Positions 1-8,611 of a DNA stretch of 37,641 bases are shown here, piece after piece; positions within the stretch are counted from its first letter, which is position 1; the number at the start of each line of letters is the position of its first letter. A model generated the notes under the pieces. That model saw only the letters and a program-made list of their open reading frames with translations. It had not been told where the DNA came from and searched no databases. The translations under genes and the position numbers were made by a program. The DNA is from a virus (lineage: Duplodnaviria; Caudoviricetes): the IMG/VR virus record IMGVR_UViG_3300036987_000537, positions 1 through 37,641 of that record; one strand, 5' to 3'.

Positions 1-510
1 TCAGAAGATAACGAGAAGCCACCCCAGGGCAGCCGCCCCGGCGGCAATCAGCGCCGTGGTGCGCCAACGCCTGGATGCTACCAAGGCTCGGTCTCGGGCA
101 AACTCAGCGTCCACACCACGAATTATGGCTTCTACAATCTTCGCCTCGGCCTCCTTGCGCTCAATCATCCTGGCCTCCTCGGAGGCCTCGTACTGCTCCC
201 TCGATAGCGTCAACGAGGACCGCAATCCGCTTGCCTCGGTCTGTAATGCTTCCAGCAACCCGTACAGCCTCAGCGAGTCCTCGGACCACCCCATCAGCTC
301 TAGCTTGAGACTGCTCCAGGCTGAGTCGAAGCTCTCCCATGGATCGGTCTGTGGTTGCTCGGTACTCGCTGAATTCTCGCTCGGCGGCGGCAATGGCGGC
401 GAGACCGGCTGCACGCTCGGCTCGTCTGCCCTGGTAGAAACCAGCGCCATAAATACCAGCAGCCAGAGCAAGACCCATGCAGATCGTGATGAGCGTCTTT
501 CGCATTTCAT
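1..510 (-). CDS. Spanin-like membrane protein (N-terminal signal/TM, Pro-rich linker, coiled coil, C-terminal TM)
   Basis: Directly after the endolysin (ATGA overlap at 507-510); hydrophobic WVLLWLLVFMALV and C-terminal ALIAAGAAALGWLLVIF; GGGGGA RBS. Confidence 0.6.
   Translation of the reverse strand: MKCERRSSRSAWVLLWLLVFMALVSTRADEPSVQPVSPPLPPPSENSASTEQPQTDPWESFDSAWSSLKLELMGWSEDSLRLYGLLEALQTEASGLRSSLTLSREQYEASEEARMIERKEAEAKIVEAIIRGVDAEFARDRALVASRRWRTTALIAAGAAALGWLLVIF
161..505 (-). CDS. Nested i-spanin (Rz)-like protein, 114 aa
   Basis: ATG at 505 (MRKTLITICMGLALAAGIYGAGF), N-terminal TM then Ala/Arg/Glu-rich helix; lies inside ORF 1..510 in another frame. Confidence 0.55.
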   Translation of the reverse strand: MRKTLITICMGLALAAGIYGAGFYQGRRAERAAGLAAIAAAEREFSEYRATTDRSMGELRLSLEQSQARADGVVRGLAEAVRVAGSITDRGKRIAVLVDAIEGAVRGLRGGQDD

Positions 511-977
511 GTTCCCCCCACTTCAAAGCCAACGTACAAGCAATGCCCGTACCCATCCGGATCATCCAGGATCTCAAGGACGCGCCCGGGCATGGAGCGG
601 TTCCAGTGAATCCAGTAGTGGTCCTGGGACCTGTGCCTATCCCAGGGAACCACGTCGAAGCCCGTGTGCAGTTTTTTAAAATCAGCCAGGTACGCAGGGT
701 CGGCATAGCCAGCCGTTATTACCGGCTTGATCCCGAAGAGTTCGTCATCGATGAAGTAGGCTGCTTGGCGCGGAGCTGGAACTGGATTTCCGGCCTCGAT
801 CTCAGCCTGCGTGTACCGCCGGGTGTGCAGTCCCTCGACGGTATCCTCATGTACATGTGCCGCAGTGGATTTGCCGGAGTTGCCCATGCGCCCGATTCGC
901 TCACCCCTTCGGATAACCTGCCCGATCTGGAATGAGGGGCGCTCGGCCAGGTGCGCGAAGCGGACAGTGTAGGTCAT
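507..977 (-). CDS. Endolysin, M23-family Zn peptidase, circularly permuted
   Basis: FAHL...GQVIRRGERIGRMGNSGKSTAAHVH (HxH) in the N-terminal half; ITAGY...HTGFD (HxxxD) and GYG in the C-terminal half; lysis-cassette position. Confidence 0.85.
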   Translation of the reverse strand: MTYTVRFAHLAERPSFQIGQVIRRGERIGRMGNSGKSTAAHVHEDTVEGLHTRRYTQAEIEAGNPVPAPRQAAYFIDDELFGIKPVITAGYADPAYLADFKKLHTGFDVVPWDRHRSQDHYWIHWNRSMPGRVLEILDDPDGYGHCLYVGFEVGGT

Positions 978-1690
978 CAGGCTATCTCCAGCTCCTGAAT
1001 GTAGCCCTTGTTCTTGGCAATGCAGGAGTCCACGATTTCCATGAATTTCTTGTCTTTCGCGGCCGCGAATCCCGGCCGGTATTCTTCATAGACCGTTATT
1101 TTTTTCTGGCACGCTTCGATCACAGCCACCCGGATCCACAGTACCCAGGTCTCTACCGCCCGCCTGAGCTTTGGCTCGACTTCCTCCCACTGCGGGTAGA
1201 AGATAATCGCGGCCGGGCCTGCGGCGCATGGGTCGCTCTCGGATTCTTCGGTCAGGTCTTTGTACTCCTCCTGGAGTTCATAGAGCTTGGTCTCGATGTA
1301 CTTGTCTCGGTTCGCCTTGGCCAGCCGGTGTTTGAAATCATTGTCATCAACTGCCTGGTACATCGGAGCTCTGAGATCTGCAGCAATCGCCCGGAGGGCA
1401 GCGGAACAGAGAGTGGATCCGGAGACCGCCCGAAGGATGGGCCGCTTGAGGTCGCGGGTCTTGGCCATGATGGCGGCACGGAGATCCTGGTCAATCTCGG
1501 CAATCCGGCGGTTCATGTAGTATTCCCGTTCCTGCCGGGTCTCGACCAGTTGCAGAGAAATCCCATCTTTACCCGCAGTCATGGATGACACCCCTCCGCG
1601 TTTTACAATTATATAAACAAAAATTGATGTAATAATTACCGCCACGGGCCATGCCAGGGCTTTGATCAGTTCTGTGGTTTCATGGTCCAT
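977..1690 (-). CDS. Putative holin / single-TM lysis protein
   Basis: One N-terminal TM (LAWPVAVIITSIFVYIIV) plus a soluble helical domain; immediately upstream of the endolysin. Function inferred from position. Confidence 0.4.
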   Translation of the reverse strand: MDHETTELIKALAWPVAVIITSIFVYIIVKRGGVSSMTAGKDGISLQLVETRQEREYYMNRRIAEIDQDLRAAIMAKTRDLKRPILRAVSGSTLCSAALRAIAADLRAPMYQAVDDNDFKHRLAKANRDKYIETKLYELQEEYKDLTEESESDPCAAGPAAIIFYPQWEEVEPKLRRAVETWVLWIRVAVIEACQKKITVYEEYRPGFAAAKDKKFMEIVDSCIAKNKGYIQELEIA

Positions 1691-1700
1691 GGTTTATCCC

Positions 1701-2057
1701 TCACGGCCACTCTGGCCAGTTGATTTTATCCGGGAACCCCGGCTGCTGCGGTAAGTCTTTCAATGCCTGCCTGTAATCGCGGACCCGCTGTCTTTCGGCT
1801 TCCGTCATGTCCTCCCACCGGGCAGCATTGTATGTGTCCACAATGTCCCGCATGAGGCGGTCACGCTCGGCCCGCGATTCTAGTGCCACTATTTGACTAG
1901 ACCCAATCACATCTTCCGGATGTTCTTGTGCATAGATTTGTAATTCCTCTAAATCATATTTACCTTGTGGGTCTATATTTTTACTAACTACATGATATGG
2001 TCCGGATGGTGAATCTAGATAAACAATCGTCCCATCAGGTCGCAATTGCAGTTTCAT
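1701..2057 (-). CDS. Tail fibre assembly chaperone
   Basis: C-terminal RAERDRL...YRQALKDLPQQPGFP..INWP signature; directly downstream of the fibre gene. Confidence 0.85.
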   Translation of the reverse strand: MKLQLRPDGTIVYLDSPSGPYHVVSKNIDPQGKYDLEELQIYAQEHPEDVIGSSQIVALESRAERDRLMRDIVDTYNAARWEDMTEAERQRVRDYRQALKDLPQQPGFPDKINWPEWP

Positions 2058-2069
2058 ATTTTTACTCCT

Positions 2070-5000
2070 TTACTCCAATCTAGTGATGACAGCAGATAGC
2101 GTATAAACCGCTGAATTTCCTGTATTTGATATCCGTGTCCCCCCAGCAATAACCGATACAGGCAATACTCCACCATTATCTCTTCCGACGACAGCATACA
2201 CCCCTCCTGTCGGCGAAGAGATAGATGGATTGGCTGATGACGAAGTATAGTTGTCAGAATAAGCAAAAATCCTTTGTTCTCCTATAAGCATATCGCAAAT
2301 GCGATGTGACAGATGTGGAACATTGCCATAATAAATATGCTCGATTGAGATATTTGAAAGCAGGTGCATATTTCCTGATTTAATAGTTATGTCGAAACAC
2401 CTAGCTGCAACACCACTAGTTGTTATGCTTGTCCGTAGGAATATTTGAAGAAAATCGCCTTTTGATACTGCAATATCTTCCTCCCACGATAAAATGCTGG
2501 ATGTTGTAGATCTAGCTGTTCCAACTGCAACATCATTTACATATATCTGAGCATATACAGTTCCGGATGAATAATTTCTTCTTTCCAGAGTAAATCCTAC
2601 CTTGACTACTCCAGAAAAAGGCATTCTCTGCTCAACTCTTTTTGTATAGGTTGTCCCTGTATGTGTTGCACCACCAAGTGGATAAACAACATCATTACCC
2701 GATACCGATATCTCATTGATTTCTGAAAAAAAACCTTTCTCCCACGGTTTGTCAGCTGTTCCAAACCATTGATTTGAGTTGATTGGGAATATATCAGAAT
2801 CAGTCCATACCCTTGGCGGCACCCACGGATAACTTGTTCCTTGGAACCCAAATCTCGGAGCAATAATTGTATATGTACCAGACCCAGCAGGAATAGTATC
2901 ATTACAAGTAATTGTCAATGCGCCAGGATTAATTGATGTGATCTGAACTGGTCTTACTATGTTTGGCCCATTTACTTGCATCCCAGCCTGAATAGAAAGT
3001 ACTCCTGTAGTTTTTGCCGTCCATGCACTAAGTGTAATTACCGTTCCGCCCCCTGGTGCTGATCCAGATGAAGAATGAACAGTTAATTCAGTAAACATTC
3101 CTACTGCACCAAGCTGCCTAAGCGATACACTTTTTGAACTAGGAGTCCAAGTCTGCCCAACAAATATTTGCTGAAATGAAATTGAATCATTATCAGCCGC
3201 GAACCATAAATCTTTAGGTTGCGGCATTGTTGATAAATCTCTGTTGGAAACCAATAATTCATGACTACCGGGAATTGTTCTAAGTATCCCCAATTTCCTC
3301 CCAAATCCATAAATGTCAGAGGCTGATATAGTTCCACTAAAATCCCCATCCACCGCCTTAAAGCCACCTGCGGAAGCCATATATACGCCAGCAATAGCCG
3401 ACGGGTTATTACCATTCTCATCATACCCACCGGAATAAATCGCACCTCCATCTCTGATATATATCTTTAAGACAGCTAAGAGCTCGGCGAATATTTCTTT
3501 GGTAACAATTTTGGTGATAAATTCGGTTGCACCATCCGCATCCACCAAATCAAGTAAATCGTTCATTGCCTGTATGGTCATTGTCGAGGTGACTCCCGAT
3601 GTTCCCCATGCTGTACCAGTCCAGACGTTGATTGCTTTTGTGCCGGTATTCAGATACCAATCTCCCTTGAGCCGATCATTGGCGCGTGCTGTAACACCGT
3701 GATATTCAGGCACCCTTGGTGCAACACCACCAGAGTTGAACGCCAAGTAATTGGCCTGGGCGTTATTGCTTGAAAAAGAAAGAGCCGCAGCGTAAACCGC
3801 AGGAGTGGCAACAAACTCAATATGTACTATCACTCCATTGACACAGAAGAATACATGAGCCCCATCGTAGATAATTTCAAAAGTCGTTCCCGTTGTGTAG
3901 GCTGTTGCAGCACTGGACGCTAGCTTAACCGTCCCCCCTGGAGCACGTACTGAATACCGACCATCAGCCTGAATATAGAAACAATGCTCCATCGAGGTGT
4001 ATCCAAAGTCGGGGGCATCATTCAAGCCAACCATGAAAGTCAGGTTGGTTGCATTCGGGATAAAGGTGAGATGACACGCGCCGTACTTTTCCTGGGAATA
4101 GGCTCCCTCTGCCCATCCTGTACCACTGACTTTTTTGATAGTGAATGGATCTACAATGGTTACGTTAGAAGATTTTACCCAAGTGACAACTCCGATTCCT
4201 TGAGGCCCCTGTGATCCAGTGGCTCCTGTTGCCCCAGTAGGTCCTGTGGGGCCTGTTGGACCTGTTGCGCCAGTGGCCCCGGTAGCTCCTGTTGCACCGG
4301 TAGCACCATCGACCACGACAGGAATGGACTCCTCGTCCAGCAGGGTGGTCGTTCCGCCGGCCAGGTACAGGCGGCACCGTATGGCCGGGATGCCGGTACC
4401 GGAAGACGGTGTGTAGACCTTGGACGATTCGTTGGCGCTTGAAGTGTAGCGGTCGGTCCATGTCGTTCCGTTGTACTCGGCGATGATGAACCGGCCTGCG
4501 TAGGCTGATGGACTGCCAGCTCCGGTCTGTGTGTAGGCGGTGAAGGTGACGGTGGTCGGGTTGTAGACGTTGGAGATGTTCTTGCCAAGAGCCCCGATGC
4601 TGGGGATCATCCACCGGTCCACCGAATCGGCGCCAGCGACGCCGGTTTTTGATTTGGCTATCGTGACCCGGACCGTCAGGGTGGGCTTTCCAGATTTCGT
4701 GGCCGTTATGTCCACGTGGCTTGAATCAACCGACATCGCCGTGACGGTCAGAAGGCCGGTGGATGCTCCAATGGTCGAGGTGACGCCTGAGCCGTTGGTC
4801 CTGGCAAATGCCCAGCCGGTATCCAGGGTAGCGCCGTCGTAGATTTGCATGGTGGACTGGCAGTTGGCTCCGCCCCATGTGCCACCCGTACCGTCTGCCA
4901 GGGTGGTCACAACAATGGCGTCATTGGTCAGGGTTGCAACAATTGCATTGGTTCCAGCCACGCCTTGCGTTCCCTGGATACCCTGGACGCCCTGAGTTCC

Positions 5001-8000
5001 CTGTACTCCCTGCAGCCCCTGGATACCTTGCGGACCCTGGGCTCCGGTAGGCCCATCCTGAACCCGGACTATTGTAATCGAATCGCTAACGCCGTCCACC
5101 GAAACGGTAACGACAACTTGGCCGTTGCTACCGAAGCTTGCCGGGGTGAGCGTTCGCGTGTTCCCTGTACCTGTCAGGGTAACAGTCGGCGAGGTCGAGA
5201 ATGCGACGGCTCCCACGTTGTTGAGTGGCGTGGCGGTTAGGGTGATATCTCCTGTGGTGTTGTTGCCGTCCCTGTCATAGCGCATCACATGGGATGTGGT
5301 GGCCAGTGAGACTAATGGACCTAGGACCCTGCCGGAAAGCAGTTCGTCTATGGTCGGTTCAGTGCCGTCCACGATATCCACGCGGGGGCTGTACAGCCAC
5401 AGTTTTTGCGTGGTTGTCAGCGCGGGTGATCCACTTGAGTACAAAGTGGAATACATGCCGATGGTCGTGGCCGTAGGCGCAAGTCTGAACTCTGCGTCTA
5501 CAGATCGGACCTTTGCCTTAGTCTGCACATCGTACAGGCCAGACAGAGGATCGATGCCTCCTGAATAACCCTCCTCGTAGATGTTGCCAACCAGTAGATA
5601 CCATCGCCCCGGCGTCAAGACGTTGTTGGCTACCACTGAGTAAAAATACGGAGCCGAGGATGCAACGCCAGCCAGAGTCTCGTAATGGGTGGATACCGGG
5701 GGTCCACCTACGCGCCAGCGGCCAGAGGTATCCAGCACCTGGACAAAGACAGCCAGCCGATAGCGCTTGGTCCTGTCGGCGATTGTCTCCCTTTGGGAGT
5801 TTATCCCTCCGTTGGTTGTAGCGATGGGATCGGTGCTGGATAGCTGGATAACCGGGACCAGCAACCCATGAGGTCCCGCCTTGGAAACGCACTGAGTCCC
5901 ACCACCAGTAGTCAGCCATCCGCCAGTTGCCCCGGTACCCTCGACCAGCCGCGTCGGGAGGGTGGTGTCAGCAAGCAGGCGGCTGGTGTTCATGATGTTT
6001 TTCTTGCTGATTGCCTGCTTGGAGTACCGGAATTGCCTTGTGATTACCGGGCCACCTACCACGGTTATCGAAATATCAACAGCCCCCGCGTCAGGCCATG
6101 CGCCGACCAGGTAGAACGCCGCCCCTGACTGGACCTGATAGATACCAGTTGCCGATGCCAGCGCCATATTCCATTGGTTTGCCCCGGTACCGTATGTCAG
6201 CTCAGTCGCTCCCCGGAATACCCTCACGGTGCATGATGCTGGCGAGCCTGATCCAAGCTCTCCGGCTATCACCTGTCCCAGACGATCACAGGCGATGATA
6301 TGGGCCTCGTTGGAGAGGATGACAGAATATGCATCAGCGCCAGGCGCGCCCTGAGGACCAGTTGGCCCATCGGTGACTATCGGTATTACCTCTTCATCCA
6401 GAAGTGTTGTGGTTCCACCTGCCAGATAGAGCCTAACCCGCAGCGCCTTGATTCCGGCTCCCGGCGTCCAACTCCTGCTGGATTCATTGGCGGAACTGGT
6501 ATACCGATTCGTCCAGGTGGATCCATCGGTCGTGTCAGCGATGATGTACCGGCCTGCGTAAGCTGCAGGGGTTCCAGTGCCGGTCTGGCTCATGGATGAT
6601 ATTGCCAACGAAGCAGGGGTATAATCCCCGGCTTGGCTCTTTGCTATTGCTGCCACATCGGTGACCAGCCAGTATGCTGTGGCGTTCTGACCGGCTGCCC
6701 CGGTTGCACCAGTATCGCCAGTTGACCCTGTCTTTGCCTTGGTAAGTGTCTGAATCAAAGACAGGCTGATGGTGTCGCCGTTTGCCCGCTTGATGGTCAG
6801 CGGATACGTTATGACAACCGAGTCCGTGGCATCGTCCATGGCAGAGTGATTGGCAATGACAGCCGTGGTCGTACCGTTGCCCGACCTAGCTCCTACGGTG
6901 ATTTTCCCCGATGGATTAACTGTCGGAGTCCCTATGCTGAACTGTCCTGCAGCAGCAGTACCAGTTGTGAAGGTCAGAGCTGTGCTGCCTTCAAAGACCT
7001 GGATCGAACCACCAGAACCGCCGTAGGATGAAACCACACCAGCAGTACTGGCAGGCAATACATGGGCTTCATTGTTCATCGAGGCAACCACGGCGGCCAG
7101 GCCATTGGTGCCGTTGACTCCGGCTACACCTTGCGGACCTTGCAAGCCTTGGGGGCCTTGCGGACCAGTTGCACCTGTTGCGCCTTGGGGCCCAATTGCG
7201 CCATCTTTGACAGGGACAGATTCACCTGAGACGGAAGGCACCCCTACGATGACCGTAGCTTCGTAATCGGAAACGCCTTCACAAACCACGTTGTATTGCT
7301 TTTCATCATCTCCATCATCGATACGGACAACACGCAGGTCCTGAGACGCGCCAAGAATGTTGGCATCCATGAGCTCCACGATCTGCCCGGGTTCAAGGAT
7401 GGTTGCCGCCAGGACTGGCATCGAATAACGGTAGAGAGAATTCTTGTGCCAAGCTGCTCGCCCTGCAGCCAGTTTGCCCGAAGAGACGGCTTCGGTAAGC
7501 AGCTCGGACTTAATCTCTTCGCGCTCATCGGACGATGAGACTATTTCAACGGACACTTTGTTCTGGTTTTTCTTCACCGTTGCATCGCCGATAATCCGGA
7601 ACCGGGTTATCACGCCACCAGTCGATGAGTAGAACCGTACGAACATGCCCAGTCCATCAACGGTCTCCACTTGTTTGGTCACAGCTCCGGTATGGCTCCA
7701 GTCGATTACCGGAGAGGATGCGGATACCAGGTCGTAATCCCTCACGTCGAAGACGCATCGAATGGCTACGCTGGCGCTTGCGCCTTCCGGGAAGTAGGTA
7801 CCTGCAGGGACAGGGATGGAGCAATCGACACCAGGGGCGGCTCCGGTCGTATCTTCAAAGAGAACTTCCCCGGTCAGAACCATGTGGTCCCAGTACGTGA
7901 CATCCACCGCTTCCGCTTTTGTCTCATCGCGCTCGACGGTGTACCCGCCGACAATGTTTCCCCCTGCACCGGTGGACAGTGTGGCGGTGGAGACATAGGC

Positions 8001-8609
8001 AGCCGGGGCAAGATCGTAGAGGGTGATGACACCAGTGGGCAGCACCTTGAGTGTGTGAACGCAATCGCGGAGCACGGTCTCGATCAGGTCGCGGATTGCC
8101 CGTGCTGACTTGGTGCCATCGAGGGCGTAACTTCCGATGGTTATGTCAACCAGGTGTAGGTCTAGCTCTGCGTCTAAGTATCCGGCCATGTAGAAAAGAT
8201 GGTGTAGGATGGACTGGCTCTTGTTCGACGGATTGCTGATTTTGTAATTCGTCCAGACCAGCGAAGAGTAGAACTTCCTGCCGTCCATGCGGTACAGGTG
8301 ATCGACGCACTGGCACTTGAGCGCATCCACTCGCAGCTGGCCCACGGTAGCCTTCACGGTACGCCGGACGGTACCCTTGAAATACGGAGCGCTATTCTTG
8401 GTGATGACTACTACCGGATCAATCGAGGCTGTCAGGAACTGGTTGACTATTATCGTGTTCCTGTTGATGGTAAAATCACAGGTACCGATCACTGGTTTCA
8501 GGTTGTTGTGGATGCTACGGGATCGCTTGACCGGATGCTGACCCACCAGCAAGGAGGTGATGTCTTCGAGGCCGGAGCCGAAATCTATCTGTACTTCGTA
8601 TGTTGCCAT
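2070..8609 (-). CDS. Tail tip / central fibre receptor-binding protein, 2179 aa, with collagen-like linkers
   Basis: Follows the tape measure gene; N-terminal hub-like region, five Gly-X-Y tracts, repeated Thr/Gly-rich beta domains, chaperone downstream. Confidence 0.85.
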   Translation of the reverse strand: MATYEVQIDFGSGLEDITSLLVGQHPVKRSRSIHNNLKPVIGTCDFTINRNTIIVNQFLTASIDPVVVITKNSAPYFKGTVRRTVKATVGQLRVDALKCQCVDHLYRMDGRKFYSSLVWTNYKISNPSNKSQSILHHLFYMAGYLDAELDLHLVDITIGSYALDGTKSARAIRDLIETVLRDCVHTLKVLPTGVITLYDLAPAAYVSTATLSTGAGGNIVGGYTVERDETKAEAVDVTYWDHMVLTGEVLFEDTTGAAPGVDCSIPVPAGTYFPEGASASVAIRCVFDVRDYDLVSASSPVIDWSHTGAVTKQVETVDGLGMFVRFYSSTGGVITRFRIIGDATVKKNQNKVSVEIVSSSDEREEIKSELLTEAVSSGKLAAGRAAWHKNSLYRYSMPVLAATILEPGQIVELMDANILGASQDLRVVRIDDGDDEKQYNVVCEGVSDYEATVIVGVPSVSGESVPVKDGAIGPQGATGATGPQGPQGLQGPQGVAGVNGTNGLAAVVASMNNEAHVLPASTAGVVSSYGGSGGSIQVFEGSTALTFTTGTAAAGQFSIGTPTVNPSGKITVGARSGNGTTTAVIANHSAMDDATDSVVITYPLTIKRANGDTISLSLIQTLTKAKTGSTGDTGATGAAGQNATAYWLVTDVAAIAKSQAGDYTPASLAISSMSQTGTGTPAAYAGRYIIADTTDGSTWTNRYTSSANESSRSWTPGAGIKALRVRLYLAGGTTTLLDEEVIPIVTDGPTGPQGAPGADAYSVILSNEAHIIACDRLGQVIAGELGSGSPASCTVRVFRGATELTYGTGANQWNMALASATGIYQVQSGAAFYLVGAWPDAGAVDISITVVGGPVITRQFRYSKQAISKKNIMNTSRLLADTTLPTRLVEGTGATGGWLTTGGGTQCVSKAGPHGLLVPVIQLSSTDPIATTNGGINSQRETIADRTKRYRLAVFVQVLDTSGRWRVGGPPVSTHYETLAGVASSAPYFYSVVANNVLTPGRWYLLVGNIYEEGYSGGIDPLSGLYDVQTKAKVRSVDAEFRLAPTATTIGMYSTLYSSGSPALTTTQKLWLYSPRVDIVDGTEPTIDELLSGRVLGPLVSLATTSHVMRYDRDGNNTTGDITLTATPLNNVGAVAFSTSPTVTLTGTGNTRTLTPASFGSNGQVVVTVSVDGVSDSITIVRVQDGPTGAQGPQGIQGLQGVQGTQGVQGIQGTQGVAGTNAIVATLTNDAIVVTTLADGTGGTWGGANCQSTMQIYDGATLDTGWAFARTNGSGVTSTIGASTGLLTVTAMSVDSSHVDITATKSGKPTLTVRVTIAKSKTGVAGADSVDRWMIPSIGALGKNISNVYNPTTVTFTAYTQTGAGSPSAYAGRFIIAEYNGTTWTDRYTSSANESSKVYTPSSGTGIPAIRCRLYLAGGTTTLLDEESIPVVVDGATGATGATGATGATGPTGPTGPTGATGATGSQGPQGIGVVTWVKSSNVTIVDPFTIKKVSGTGWAEGAYSQEKYGACHLTFIPNATNLTFMVGLNDAPDFGYTSMEHCFYIQADGRYSVRAPGGTVKLASSAATAYTTGTTFEIIYDGAHVFFCVNGVIVHIEFVATPAVYAAALSFSSNNAQANYLAFNSGGVAPRVPEYHGVTARANDRLKGDWYLNTGTKAINVWTGTAWGTSGVTSTMTIQAMNDLLDLVDADGATEFITKIVTKEIFAELLAVLKIYIRDGGAIYSGGYDENGNNPSAIAGVYMASAGGFKAVDGDFSGTISASDIYGFGRKLGILRTIPGSHELLVSNRDLSTMPQPKDLWFAADNDSISFQQIFVGQTWTPSSKSVSLRQLGAVGMFTELTVHSSSGSAPGGGTVITLSAWTAKTTGVLSIQAGMQVNGPNIVRPVQITSINPGALTITCNDTIPAGSGTYTIIAPRFGFQGTSYPWVPPRVWTDSDIFPINSNQWFGTADKPWEKGFFSEINEISVSGNDVVYPLGGATHTGTTYTKRVEQRMPFSGVVKVGFTLERRNYSSGTVYAQIYVNDVAVGTARSTTSSILSWEEDIAVSKGDFLQIFLRTSITTSGVAARCFDITIKSGNMHLLSNISIEHIYYGNVPHLSHRICDMLIGEQRIFAYSDNYTSSSANPSISSPTGGVYAVVGRDNGGVLPVSVIAGGTRISNTGNSAVYTLSAVITRLE
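4195..7203 (-). repeat. Five collagen-like (GXY)n tracts and duplicated domains inside the tail fibre gene
   Basis: Tracts at about 7101-7203, 6690-6729, 6340-6369, 4950-5055 and 4195-4308. The AYAGRxIIA...WTxRYTSSANESS...RLYLAGGTTTLLDEExIP domain occurs twice (about 6370-6680 and 4310-4620). Confidence 0.9.
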
Positions 8610-8611
8610 GG

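Noticed and set aside
2070-8609. Diversity-generating retroelement or invertible tail-fibre switch
   Set aside because: No reverse transcriptase or invertase gene, and the duplicated domains are too diverged to be a TR/VR pair.
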